Source: Armatimonadota bacterium
GTDB lineage: Bacteria; Armatimonadota; UBA5829
NCBI GenBank assembly: GCA_052035525.1
Contig: JBPOHN010000035.1
Coordinates: 7,135-71,134, forward strand
Direction of reading: 5' to 3'
Length of the DNA: 64,000 bases
Shown here: positions 26,227-35,852 of the stretch, piece after piece
How positions within the stretch are numbered: position 1 is the stretch's first letter
Layout of the letters: the number at the start of each line of letters is the position of its first letter
Program-made: the position numbers and the translations under genes
Notes under the pieces: model-generated
What the model was told of the DNA's origin: nothing
Databases searched by the model: none
Seen by the model: only the letters and a program-made list of their open reading frames with translations

Positions 26227-27082
26227 ATCCACCGGTATGTCGCGCGGGCAGCGGCTCCTGACGCACGCTGTCCTGATACTGCTCTGCATTCCGTTCATCC
26301 TGCCGCTGGTGTGGATGGTATCCACATCGCTCAAGGCAGACGATCAGATATATGCCAGGAAGGGGCAGGATACGGTCATTTCGATCAAGTCGCTGATCCC
26401 GAGTCCCGTGGAGTTCTCGAATTATCCGGAAGCAATGCAAACGGTGCCGTTCGGGACGTATTTGCGCAACACGCTGATGCTGTGCTTCTTCACGGTGATC
26501 GGCGCGGTGTCTTCGAGCGCGATTGTGGCGTATGGCTTTGCGAGGCTGAGGTTCCGAGGCAGGGATGCGCTGTTCTACCTGATGATATCCACGATGGCGC
26601 TGCCGGCGCAGGTGACGATGGTGCCGGTGTTCGCGCTGTTCCGGTCGCTGGGTTGGTATGGCACGTTCCTGCCGCTCATTGTGCCGGCATTCTGCGGACA
26701 CGCGTTCTACATTTTCCTGCTGCGGCAGTTCTTTAGCACACTTCCCGAGGAGCTTTCGGAGGCGGCGCGCATCGACGGGTCCGGCGAGTGGACGATATTC
26801 TGGCGGATTATGCTGCCGCTGTGTAAGCCTGCGCTTGCTACGGTCGCGCTGTTCCAGTTCCTGCACACGTGGAACGACTTCTTCGGTCCGCTCATCTACA
26901 TCAACGACCCGAGCAGGTATACGCTGGCGTATGGCCTGCAGCAGTTCATGTCCAGCTACGGCGGGAAATGGGCTGAGCTGATGGCGGGGGCGTGCATCTT
27001 CACGGTACCGATCATCATCCTGTTCTTCTTCGCGCAGAAGACGTTCATCCAGGGGATTGCAACCACGGGGTCGAAGAGCTAG
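26216..27082 (+). CDS. Carbohydrate ABC transporter permease (MalG-like)
   Basis: EAA loop EAARIDGSGEWTIFWRIMLP. Confidence 0.8.
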   Translation: MTTRSTGMSRGQRLLTHAVLILLCIPFILPLVWMVSTSLKADDQIYARKGQDTVISIKSLIPSPVEFSNYPEAMQTVPFGTYLRNTLMLCFFTVIGAVSSSAIVAYGFARLRFRGRDALFYLMISTMALPAQVTMVPVFALFRSLGWYGTFLPLIVPAFCGHAFYIFLLRQFFSTLPEELSEAARIDGSGEWTIFWRIMLPLCKPALATVALFQFLHTWNDFFGPLIYINDPSRYTLAYGLQQFMSSYGGKWAELMAGACIFTVPIIILFFFAQKTFIQGIATTGSKS

Positions 27083-27104
27083 TTTTGCGGATTCTTCGCG
27101 CTGC

Positions 27105-27785
27105 TCAGAATGACGCAGCCAGCAGTGCCCTCGCCTTTTGCAGCGCCTTGCCCCTGTGAGAGATCGCGTTCTTTTCCTCGGCTGTGAGTTCAGCCATGTG
27201 CTTGCCGAGTTCGGGGACGTAGAAGACTGGATCGTAGCCGAAGCCGTGGGTTCCTCTGGGCTCGCGGGCGATCAGGCCTTCGACAGAGGCTTCGCAGGTC
27301 TTTACCCCCCCTGCCCCCCCCTTCGTAAGGGGGGGGATAGGCTGGGATTCGGCCTTCGTAAGGCGGGGGACTCGTTGCGGTTCCCCGCTTGTAAGGGAGC
27401 GGGCTCGCTGGGGTTCGGCGATGGCTATCGCGCAGCGGAAGCGGGCGGTGCGCTTCTCGTCAGGGACATCTCTCATCAGACCGAGGAGTTTCGAGTTGCG
27501 CTCCGCATCGGTGGGCGCGAAGCGGCTGGATAACACTCCGGGGGCGCCTTCGAGGGCGTCCACTTCCAGGCCGGAGTCGTCCGCGAGCGTCAGTTCTCCA
27601 GTGAATTCGGCGTAGGCAGTCGCTTTCAGGATCGCGTTTTCGATGAAAGTGCTGCCGGTCTCCTCTACGTCGGGTGCCTCGGGGTAATCGGCGAGCGAAA
27701 CGACCTCATACGGCAGATCGGAAAGCAGAGCCGCGACCTCCCTTGCTTTGCCAGCATTCTTTGTGGCTATGACGAGTCTTTTCAT
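27105..27785 (-). CDS. rdgB: Non-canonical purine NTP pyrophosphatase (RdgB/HAM1) with repeat-derived insertion
   Basis: Motifs VIATKNAGKAREV, DDSGLEVDAL and GFGYDPVF. Confidence 0.85.
   Translation of the reverse strand: MKRLVIATKNAGKAREVAALLSDLPYEVVSLADYPEAPDVEETGSTFIENAILKATAYAEFTGELTLADDSGLEVDALEGAPGVLSSRFAPTDAERNSKLLGLMRDVPDEKRTARFRCAIAIAEPQRARSLTSGEPQRVPRLTKAESQPIPPLTKGGAGGVKTCEASVEGLIAREPRGTHGFGYDPVFYVPELGKHMAELTAEEKNAISHRGKALQKARALLAASF
27314..27416. repeat. Three tandem G/C-stem hairpin units inside rdgB
   Basis: C8-TTCGTAA-G8 (27314-27336), GCCTT-CGT-AAGGC (27352-27364) and CCCGCT-N8-AGCGGG (27384-27403). The spacers end in GGATTC or GGTTC. Confidence 0.75.
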
Positions 27786-27818
27786 GACCGCATTGCTATT
27801 CGGGGTACTGACGTCGGA

Positions 27819-28112
27819 CTATGGCTGCCGTCTTCTTATGCCGACGTAGGAGAGCAAGCACTTCCCGTTGTATATGATGTGAACCGTGCCGAACAACAGA
27901 AACGTATAACCCGCCAACTCGTGAAGTCCTTTGGGGAAGAATCCGTGCTTGCCGTGCGGCGGCCGAAATTGCCGGGCACCGTCAGCCTGCGAGACCACCG
28001 GCGGTCTACCACGGCGCTGAGGTTCGTGGTGCTTCCGAGCCGTCGTGTAGATCACTGTAACAAGCACTAGCACAAAGCAGATAGAGCAAACGATCGACGT
28101 TACTTTTCTCAA
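27819..28112 (-). CDS. Small membrane protein (DUF4405-like)
   Basis: Two hydrophobic helices. HELAGYTFLLFGTVHIIYNGKCL resembles the DUF4405 His-containing helix. Confidence 0.4.
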   Translation of the reverse strand: MRKVTSIVCSICFVLVLVTVIYTTARKHHEPQRRGRPPVVSQADGARQFRPPHGKHGFFPKGLHELAGYTFLLFGTVHIIYNGKCLLSYVGIRRRQP

Positions 28113-28231
28113 TGCAGAGCCCTCCCTAGCAAGTCAAAGAGCTGCGCATACGCGCGATCACCGCTAGTACTAGACGTGGATACACAACCGCGGTTACTTC
28201 CTGACGCTAGCTTGGCCGTTATAGCGCCAAT

Positions 28232-28957
28232 CTACAGCACGTCCGCAAGCGTCGTCCTGACGGTGGTCATCAAGTCGTTGATACCCTTCGTAGCCAGATC
28301 GAGCAGATTGTTGAAGCGGTTGCGGGTGAAGGGCGCGCCCTCGGCCGTCGTCTGTATCTCGACTATGCGGCCGGTGGCGGTCATTATGACGTTCATATCC
28401 ACCTGTGCGCTGGAGTCTTCCTTGTAGTTGAGATCAAGGAGTTCCTCGCCCATCACGACGCCGACGCTGATCGCGGCTATGAGGTCGGTAAACGGCATCT
28501 TCTTCGCCAGCCCGTCCTTCTTGAGCTGCGCGCAAGCGTCTACGAATGCGACGAATGCTCCAGTTATGGACGCCGTGCGAGTGCCGCCGTCGGCCTGCAG
28601 CACATCGCAGTCCAGCCAGATCGTGCGCTCGCCGAAGCCATTGAGGTCGGTGATGGAGCGAATCGCCCGTCCAACCAGCCTTTGTATCTCCTGACTCCTG
28701 CCGTTGACGCGGCCTGTGGAGGAGTCTCTCTGGGTGCGCGTCTCGCAGGACCGGGGCAGCATTCCATATTCGGCGGTCACCCAACCCTGTCCCGAACCCT
28801 TGAGAAACGGCGGGACCTTGTCTTCGATCGAGGCCGTGCAGATGACTTTCGTATCGCCCATCTCAATCAGGCAGCTTCCCTCGGGGTACTTGATGAAGTC
28901 TCGGGTTATCTTGACCGGGCGAAGTTGGTCATTCGCGCGACCGTCCAATCGGATCAT
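28232..28957 (-). CDS. rph: Ribonuclease PH
   Basis: R(L)[22 protein letters not shown] and GRSQEIQRL are classic RNase PH blocks. Confidence 0.9.
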   Translation of the reverse strand: MIRLDGRANDQLRPVKITRDFIKYPEGSCLIEMGDTKVICTASIEDKVPPFLKGSGQGWVTAEYGMLPRSCETRTQRDSSTGRVNGRSQEIQRLVGRAIRSITDLNGFGERTIWLDCDVLQADGGTRTASITGAFVAFVDACAQLKKDGLAKKMPFTDLIAAISVGVVMGEELLDLNYKEDSSAQVDMNVIMTATGRIVEIQTTAEGAPFTRNRFNNLLDLATKGINDLMTTVRTTLADVL

Positions 28958-28991
28958 TCAGATACTCTCCAATCCGCAGAGCCTGCAGCCC

Positions 28992-29837
28992 TCAGCTATC
29001 AGCTCTGAGCTTACTTGGCTGACGAGCGATGAGCGCGACCTGTTCCCACTCCATGTGTTCTACGGACTCTATTCGCCGCCCCAGAAAAGCGCTCCCGAGG
29101 GTGGCGAAGCCCTCGGTGTCGCCGCTGGCATAGAACTCGTGGTTACTGTCAGGCCCCTCGCTGGCCAGCCCATGTTCTACAAGAGAGTTCCCAAGAACAC
29201 GCACGGTTTCCTCCGCGGGATCTACTATGGCAACTCCGGCGCCCGCGGCAGCCGCGATCTGCTTTCTGAGGAATGGGTAGTGGGTGCAGCCGAGGACGAG
29301 CGTGCGGCAGCCTTCGGAGAGGAGCGGAGCAACGTAGGTGCAGGCCGCGGCTTCGGCCTCTTCGCTTTCAGCCTGACCCGATTCCACGAGCGGCACGAAC
29401 TTCGGACATGCCTGCCCGAATACCGGCACGGCGGGATCAAGCTGCGCAACGCTCTTCTCGTAGGCGCCGCTCTTGATCGTTCCAGTTGTTGCAAGCACAC
29501 CGATGGGCGCACCGTTGCAGGCGTCAACCGCGGCGCGCGCGCCGGGGCCGATAACGCCGAGGATGGGCACATTCGGGTATGCACGGCGGGAAATATCGAG
29601 CGCGACGGCGCTGGACATATTGCATGCCATTACTATTGCCTTCGCGCCTTTGGAGATCAGGAACCCGACGATTGCGAGGGCAAACTCCTGGATCTGCTCC
29701 AGAGGTCGCTCGCCGTAAGGGACATGTGCCGAGTCCGCGAAGTAGACGATCCTCTCATTGGGCAGCTTTTCGAGGATGTGCCTGGCGACGCTGAGTCCAC
29801 CAAGACCGGAATCGAACACACCTATAGGAGACGTCAA
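28992..29837 (-). CDS. murI: Glutamate racemase
   Basis: Motifs GVFDSGLGGLSV, ACNMSS and GCTHYPFL. Confidence 0.9.
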   Translation of the reverse strand: MTSPIGVFDSGLGGLSVARHILEKLPNERIVYFADSAHVPYGERPLEQIQEFALAIVGFLISKGAKAIVMACNMSSAVALDISRRAYPNVPILGVIGPGARAAVDACNGAPIGVLATTGTIKSGAYEKSVAQLDPAVPVFGQACPKFVPLVESGQAESEEAEAAACTYVAPLLSEGCRTLVLGCTHYPFLRKQIAAAAGAGVAIVDPAEETVRVLGNSLVEHGLASEGPDSNHEFYASGDTEGFATLGSAFLGRRIESVEHMEWEQVALIARQPSKLRADS

Positions 29838-30448
29838 TTCAAACTACCGGGTCGAAGCATGGCTGAATCGGCAGCGACGGGATCTGCAAGACCAAAATGT
29901 CCACCCAATGATTCGACCTTCTTTCCTTCCACCAGAATCTGCACTCTACGTACTTTCCCATCACTGTTAGAAACGAGTGTGTGGACGATGGAGTTTACAG
30001 TCGCTGCTTCTTGTTCTGAACCACCCGAGAAATTTTCCGTGAATTCCTGGCTCAGGTTTACCGTCGCTATCCCGCGCTTCACTTCCACCGGAGATACCAG
30101 TTTGGTGCCCTCGGGTATGAGCTGGGCAGAGAGACCTTCCTGCTTGTTCGTAGCCAGCAGCGCATCCATGGCCGCGTCCAGCACGCTTCCCTCGCTGGTG
30201 GTAGTCACGGGGGTCTTGCCCAGATGGAAGCCCCGGCTGTCTTTCTTGATCAGATAGAGGTAGACAGTGCGCTGAGTCATCACGGCGGGCCTTGGGGTGA
30301 CGCTGACACGAGGTTTCTCCCTGGGAGGCGTGATGTTCCATTGGAAACTGCTTATCCCGTAGTAGGCGGCAAAGGCAGCCGCCACGACCACAAACGTCCC
30401 CAACGCATAGAGACCAATACCCGCTGACTTCCTCTTTTTCCTAGCCAT
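29834..30448 (-). CDS. GerMN domain protein (membrane-anchored)
   Basis: N-terminal TM segment. GerMN-like LIPEGTKLVSPVEVKRGIATVNLSQEF..EQEAATVNSIVHTL. 4-nt overlap with murI. Confidence 0.7.
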   Translation of the reverse strand: MARKKRKSAGIGLYALGTFVVVAAAFAAYYGISSFQWNITPPREKPRVSVTPRPAVMTQRTVYLYLIKKDSRGFHLGKTPVTTTSEGSVLDAAMDALLATNKQEGLSAQLIPEGTKLVSPVEVKRGIATVNLSQEFTENFSGGSEQEAATVNSIVHTLVSNSDGKVRRVQILVEGKKVESLGGHFGLADPVAADSAMLRPGSLN

Positions 30449-30467
30449 TAGCCATCCTCGGTTGGAA

Positions 30468-32057
30468 TTAGTCGATCGATCCGCCTTCTATATAGGCCTT
30501 GAGCCCGGCCACTACGCCAGCCGCGAGCTTCTCGCGGTAGGCTGCGTTCAGAAGCCTGGCCCGGTCGGAAGCATTGTTTATGTAGCCGCATTCTAGCAAT
30601 ATGCCCGGGATGCCGGAGCCTCGCAAATCGCGCAGGACCTTTAGCCCGGAGGAGTAGAGCGAGCTATCGCTGCGAGCCTTCCTGTCACACATTCCCGTGT
30701 ATTTGCAGACTCCGTCGTGGATAAGGTACGCGAGCGTCTTGGGGCTCGGCTCCTGCATATGGTAGTAAGTCTCGATACCCGTGGCGCTCCCCGGCACCAC
30801 GTTGGAGTTGCAATGAAGCGAAATGAAGAAGTCGGCCCCGCGGTCAATGGCCGCGCGCGAGCGGTCGGCGAGTCCCATGTCGATGTCGGTATCGCGTGAC
30901 AGCACCGGCCTGGCGCCGTGCTTCGCAAGAGCCGCCGCGAGGGCCTTTGCCAACTGCATATTGATGGTCTTCTCCATCGCTCCACCCGCGCAGGCGCCTT
31001 TCTGCTTGCCTCCGTGGCCGGGGTCGATCACGATCAGTTTGCCTTCCAGCGTTCCGCCGGATTTCTGCAGGGGCCGCACCCGGACTATGACGCAGTCATC
31101 GGCGATGTCTACTGCGTAGTCGGCGGGCCTGGCCAGATCGAGCGTCACTTTCACTCCGGTGGCAGTATTGGTGAGCTGGGGTGTGACCAGGGAATGTGAC
31201 CCCGTGATGGCGCAGGTGTCACCGATTCTGGCGCTCTTGACGCCGACCACGATCCTCGGCGGCACAACGCTGTAGTCCCTTGATATGGCTGCTCTGGCAG
31301 TGGTGCCGATCACAATGTCAACCGTTTGATCGTCGATGCGCTGCACCGCAAGTTTGGTCACGGTGATGGACGGAGGCGCGCCGGGGGCTGCCGGCGTCAC
31401 GGGGATCAGATCGTCGGCGATTCTCAGCAGGACCTGAGCGGAGGCGTCCGAGGTCACCAACCCGTAACCTGTCTGCTTGTTCAGGTCCAGAACCACACGG
31501 CTGACCATAGGCTCCAACTGGCCCAACCTGGCCCGCTGGACCGCGGGAGTCCCGATGTAGACCTCTCTTGCTTCGCCTGTCAGCTTCGTCCCGAGGACAT
31601 CGACTATCACCCTGCCGTCATAGTGCTTTGCCGATGCGTGCACCGGGAAGGAGCAGTTGACCTTGAGCGTGTCGTTGTCGAACTCGACCGACTCCAGGTG
31701 GGCGAGCAGCGTGAGAGTGCGGGTTCGCGAGTCATAGCTGTAATCGCCGCCGATTATCTCGATGAGTCTCTCGACCGAAAGCATCGGCTTGCCGTCGATA
31801 TTGACCACTCCAACAACGCCTGATTGCCCCGAGGCGGCGGTGATGGTGGCCCTGTCGCCATCGAACTCGCTTGCAGCGCCAAGGCGAGCAAGTATGCTCA
31901 ACGGCGCCAGTACCTGGGTGCCGTCATACAGCGGAGACGGAGCGAGAGGGACCTCGCTTTTTCCGATCATTATGCGAACCGGAACGGTCTCGGCGTGGGC
32001 ACACGAGGCGAGGAAAGAGAGGCAGATGAAGAGAGCTATATACCAGGAAAAGCGCAT
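30468..32057 (-). CDS. N-acetylmuramoyl-L-alanine amidase (Amidase_3, AmiC-like) with N-terminal stalk/AMIN-like domains
   Basis: Motifs VIDPGHGG, FISLHCNS and ILLECGYINN. The Met at 32057 gives a signal peptide. Confidence 0.8.
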   Translation of the reverse strand: MRFSWYIALFICLSFLASCAHAETVPVRIMIGKSEVPLAPSPLYDGTQVLAPLSILARLGAASEFDGDRATITAASGQSGVVGVVNIDGKPMLSVERLIEIIGGDYSYDSRTRTLTLLAHLESVEFDNDTLKVNCSFPVHASAKHYDGRVIVDVLGTKLTGEAREVYIGTPAVQRARLGQLEPMVSRVVLDLNKQTGYGLVTSDASAQVLLRIADDLIPVTPAAPGAPPSITVTKLAVQRIDDQTVDIVIGTTARAAISRDYSVVPPRIVVGVKSARIGDTCAITGSHSLVTPQLTNTATGVKVTLDLARPADYAVDIADDCVIVRVRPLQKSGGTLEGKLIVIDPGHGGKQKGACAGGAMEKTINMQLAKALAAALAKHGARPVLSRDTDIDMGLADRSRAAIDRGADFFISLHCNSNVVPGSATGIETYYHMQEPSPKTLAYLIHDGVCKYTGMCDRKARSDSSLYSSGLKVLRDLRGSGIPGILLECGYINNASDRARLLNAAYREKLAAGVVAGLKAYIEGGSID

Positions 32058-32190
32058 CCTGCGACTCCAACTCAACGATAGGTGAATTCTACCAGTCCGA
32101 AATGTCAAACGCAAACAAGCAAACGTCGGGGACAAAGCGGCCGGATGCAGAAGAGACATCCGGCCGCGTATGCTATGCAGACTAAGGCAG

Positions 32191-33159
32191 CTACTTGGTC
32201 AGTTTTTCGAACTTGTGCAGGCCATCGACCATGTGACACGTGGCGCACGTCGCGTCGGCGGGAGCGTCAGGCGCGTGAGCCTTGATGCTCTTGACGGTCG
32301 CGGTATGGCATGCCATACACTGTGTGTCGGCGGGTTGTGTGAGCTGAGGAACGGCCTTGCTCTTATCGCCGTGCGGATCATGGCACGTGGTACACTTCAT
32401 GCCGCCCTGGGCGTGCGTGCTTGTGATGAAGTCATTGTACTGGCGGTTCTGGCTGGCTGTGCCCGGATCTTTCAACTTGACGTGAGCGGCTATATCATCC
32501 CCCGGCAGGAACGTGGTAGGGAAAGCGTATTTGCCGGTCGGATCGGTGCCGACTGCATGACACTGACCGCAGACCATGTTCAGTTTCCCGGCGTCGAATG
32601 CTCTGAGGACCTTGATGTCAGCAGCATCCATGCTGTCCGCATGGTCTCCACCGGGGCCGTGGCAGGCCTCGCAGCCCACGCCAAGCTCCGTCCACTTCTT
32701 GCCTTCGGGCTTGAAGTTGGTAACGTGGCAGCCGACGCACTTGGTCGCGCCATCGACTGGCTCGATCTTGGTCCATTTCTGGTCCGTCACGCTCCACTGG
32801 CCGGGCAGGACCTTCAGGTCTTTGTCGAGGTAGTTCTGGTACGACTTTCCCCGGCCCATCACGTACTTGATGTCCTGCTTCTTGATGGGGGATTTGGCGT
32901 CGAACTTGGCAACGATGGCATTGGGCTTCTTTGTTGCGTCAACCATGGCAAGGCGGTGGGCTGTCTTCTCCCAACCCGCGAACAGGGCCGCATGCGTGCT
33001 CTTGTGACACGTCGCACATTCCGCGCTGCCTATATACTTGGCATCCTTTTTGCTGACCGCGGCAAACGCAGTGCCTAACGCCGCGGCAACGATCAGGCCT
33101 ACTATGATCATCCTGCGGTAACCGAACTTGCTCAAGTCAGTACCCCCTGAAAGTATCAC
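32191..33159 (-). CDS. Multihaem c-type cytochrome (7 CXXCH)
   Basis: Seven motifs counted: CATCH, CVGCH, CEACH, CGQCH, CTTCH, CMACH, CATCH. N-terminal membrane anchor or signal. Confidence 0.8.
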   Translation of the reverse strand: MILSGGTDLSKFGYRRMIIVGLIVAAALGTAFAAVSKKDAKYIGSAECATCHKSTHAALFAGWEKTAHRLAMVDATKKPNAIVAKFDAKSPIKKQDIKYVMGRGKSYQNYLDKDLKVLPGQWSVTDQKWTKIEPVDGATKCVGCHVTNFKPEGKKWTELGVGCEACHGPGGDHADSMDAADIKVLRAFDAGKLNMVCGQCHAVGTDPTGKYAFPTTFLPGDDIAAHVKLKDPGTASQNRQYNDFITSTHAQGGMKCTTCHDPHGDKSKAVPQLTQPADTQCMACHTATVKSIKAHAPDAPADATCATCHMVDGLHKFEKLTK

Positions 33160-33244
33160 TTCTTGTATTATAGACGTTGCTTCTTTCTACCTCTGCCCCA
33201 CCAGCCGTTTTTACCGGCGGCACACAGGGTATCTGAGTAGCAAG

Positions 33245-33970
33245 ATGAACGACCTGTTTGCCTCACAAGAGCGCGACCTCTACATCGAAGCCCTGGATGC
33301 GCTGTGCGACTCCGGGGTGCCTTTCATGGTCGGGGGCGCCTTTGCCGTCCACCACTACACCGGGTGGTGGCGCAACACCCACGATATCGACGTCTACGTC
33401 GTGCAAGACGACGTCAAGGCCGCGGCGGAAGCGCTGCACTGCGTCGGTTTCGTGGACATCGGCGAGCAAGCATTCGGAGACCGGGAGTGGATATACCATT
33501 CGGGCAGGAATGAACTGGTTTTTGACGTTATCTGGCGCTTTGCCAATCTTGCCAATTACATCACACCCGATTGGTTCGAGCGCGCTTCAATTGGTGAGTT
33601 CATGGGGCTGCGGCTGCGTTTCCTGCCGCTGGAGGAGCTCATCTGGATCAAGGTTTTCGTTATCAACCGTCATCGCTGCGATTGGCCGGACGTCATGCGG
33701 CTGATACAAGCTCAGTGCCAGAAGCTCGATTGGCCAAGGCTTCTCGATCTAATCGGGGAGCACTGGCTGCTGCTGGCCGGGCTTATCGACGTGTTCGATT
33801 GGCAGCACCCCGACCAGATGGACTGCATTCCCGACTCGGTCAGAGACGAGGTCGCCGCGAGGCGTCAAGACTACAGGATCAACCATCCAACCGACGTCAG
33901 CAGAGAACACCTGCTGGACCCGTGGTTACATCAAAGGGCGGATCGATATGCGATTCGGAGCGATGAATAA
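33245..33970 (+). CDS. Putative nucleotidyltransferase-fold protein (uncharacterised family)
   Basis: GGAFAVHHYTG..THDIDVYV resembles the G[GS]x9-13DxD NTase core. Family assignment is uncertain. Confidence 0.4.
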   Translation: MNDLFASQERDLYIEALDALCDSGVPFMVGGAFAVHHYTGWWRNTHDIDVYVVQDDVKAAAEALHCVGFVDIGEQAFGDREWIYHSGRNELVFDVIWRFANLANYITPDWFERASIGEFMGLRLRFLPLEELIWIKVFVINRHRCDWPDVMRLIQAQCQKLDWPRLLDLIGEHWLLLAGLIDVFDWQHPDQMDCIPDSVRDEVAARRQDYRINHPTDVSREHLLDPWLHQRADRYAIRSDE

Positions 33971-34733
33971 CCCTATGGTCGATGTTCTGGAGGAGATCGC
34001 CTCTTTCCGGGACCTTGGCTTCGATTTCATCGACCTGACGTTGGAGCCGGAGCAGACGTACTCGGCTAATCTGAAGGCGGACGTGATAGCAAGCGCCCTG
34101 GAACGGGCGGGAATGTTCGCGGTGGGTCACAGCGCATGGTTCCTGCCGATCGCGTCCCCTTTCCCCGAATTCCGCGAACTGGCGATTCGGGAGTTGAAAC
34201 GGTGCCTTAGAATACTGCGGGACATAGGCGCAAAGAAGATGAACGTCCACCCTCACAGGAATGTGCCACTGCACAGTGAAGAGTGGATTATCGCGCAGAA
34301 CATGGATGCAATCGCCCGCCTGTCAGACTACGCTCAGGAGATGGGGATGACGATCCTCGTCGAAAACATGCCTGGCTACAGCCGGGTGTCTCAGATGAAG
34401 CCCCTGCTGGAGATCGTGCCCGGCACGCAGATGCTCATCGACGTCGGTCATGCGAATCTTGACACTCCCTACCATCGCGCAGAGGAACTGCTGGCGAACT
34501 TCGGCCACCGGTTGGGTCACGTGCACGTCTCAGACAACCGGGGCGGACATGACGACCTTCACCTGCCGCTGGGAGTCGGCAACATCGATTGGCTTCAAGT
34601 CACGCGCGCGATCAAGAACACCGGCTACGATGAGACTATCACCGTGGAAGTGTTCGGCGACGACGATGACTACCTCAGGCTGAGCCTGAACAAGATCAAG
34701 TATCTGTGGGAGCACACGGAGGCAGGAGAGTAG
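33948..34733 (+). CDS. Sugar phosphate isomerase/epimerase (xylose-isomerase-like TIM barrel)
   Basis: LVENMPG and HVHVSDNRGGHDDLHLPLGVGNIDW blocks. 23-nt overlap with the upstream gene. Confidence 0.75.
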   Translation: MRFGAMNNPMVDVLEEIASFRDLGFDFIDLTLEPEQTYSANLKADVIASALERAGMFAVGHSAWFLPIASPFPEFRELAIRELKRCLRILRDIGAKKMNVHPHRNVPLHSEEWIIAQNMDAIARLSDYAQEMGMTILVENMPGYSRVSQMKPLLEIVPGTQMLIDVGHANLDTPYHRAEELLANFGHRLGHVHVSDNRGGHDDLHLPLGVGNIDWLQVTRAIKNTGYDETITVEVFGDDDDYLRLSLNKIKYLWEHTEAGE

Positions 34734-34760
34734 CGGCAAGGGTGGCGCCAGCCGCAAGAA

Positions 34761-35816
34761 TCAGGCAACGCTGAGAGCGGTGAGCAGATCGCCGAGGTTT
34801 GTGGCCATGAACTCGACCGCGCTGACGGCGCGGCGGTAGTCCATTCTGGTGGGGCCGAGGATACCTATTGTGCCTGCGGGCTTGCCGGCAATCCTGTAAC
34901 GAGTGCCTACGAAGCTGCAATCGCGCATTTCCTCGATCGGGTTCTCCTCGCCGATGATGACCGAGACCTCAGGGCCCAGATACACCGACGAGAACAGCTT
35001 GTAGAGGGCGCTGCGCTCCTCGAGGACCGAGAGAACCGCCTCAAGCCGGCGGGCGTCCCGGAACTCCGGCTGTTGCACGATATAGCCCGTGCCCTCGGTG
35101 GTTACGTCGGCCTGATCGGCTGCCTCGAACTCGCGCCTGAGGCACTCTATCACCTTGCCGAGCAGTTCCTTCAAGTCGGCACGGTCATCTTCCGAAGTGC
35201 TCAACGAGACGACGGATTCAACCGTCTGGCCGTCCAGTAACGACATCAGGTAGTTGGTCGCGGTGAGAGGGTCGAGCTTCTGTGACTCGGACGAAAGCTC
35301 CACGAACTCATGGAACACCTGCCCGTTGTCGAGCACCAGCAAAGCAAGGAGCTTCCCCTGCCCTACACGCGCGATGCTGGCGTGGCTGACCTTGACGTCG
35401 CGTACCACCGGGTGCGTCGCTACGGATGCATAACGGGCGAGGTCGGACAGAATGCGGCAGGTCTGCTCCAGGATCACGTCCATCTCCGTCCGCCTTGGAG
35501 ACAGCTTGCTCTTCACCGTCTCAGCTTCATTGCGCGCGAGCCGCGTCGGCTGCATAAGGCGGTCAACGTAGAACCGGTAGCCGCGATCCGAGGGGACTCT
35601 TCCGGCGGAAGTGTGCGGCTGGCGGAGGTAACCGAGCTCCGCAAGCTCTGCCATTTCATTGCGAATCGTGGCGGACTTCACACCGAGGGAGTAGTGGGCC
35701 ATAAGCGTATGGGAACCGACCGGCTCAGCGGTTCGCACGTAGTCGGTCACTACTGCTTTGAGTATGACTTGCTTGCGGTCATCGATGGGAGTAATCGGGT
35801 CGCGTTTCACTTCCAT
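34761..35816 (-). CDS. hrcA: Heat-inducible transcription repressor HrcA
   Basis: The winged-helix N-terminus EPVGSHTL...SATIRNEMAELAELGYLRQPHTSAGRVPSDRGYRFYVD is diagnostic. Confidence 0.9.
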   Translation of the reverse strand: MEVKRDPITPIDDRKQVILKAVVTDYVRTAEPVGSHTLMAHYSLGVKSATIRNEMAELAELGYLRQPHTSAGRVPSDRGYRFYVDRLMQPTRLARNEAETVKSKLSPRRTEMDVILEQTCRILSDLARYASVATHPVVRDVKVSHASIARVGQGKLLALLVLDNGQVFHEFVELSSESQKLDPLTATNYLMSLLDGQTVESVVSLSTSEDDRADLKELLGKVIECLRREFEAADQADVTTEGTGYIVQQPEFRDARRLEAVLSVLEERSALYKLFSSVYLGPEVSVIIGEENPIEEMRDCSFVGTRYRIAGKPAGTIGILGPTRMDYRRAVSAVEFMATNLGDLLTALSVA

Positions 35817-35852
35817 AGCTGCTACGAAGCCGGGATTGTATTGCTTATCTGG

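Noticed and set aside
27296-27420. Possible CRISPR array (regularly spaced palindromic repeats); also considered for 58728-58808
   Set aside because: Units are only 13-23 bp with 13-18 bp spacers that resemble each other. There are at most three units and no cas genes. One array lies inside an intact conserved CDS. This fits REP/BIME-like elements better than CRISPR.
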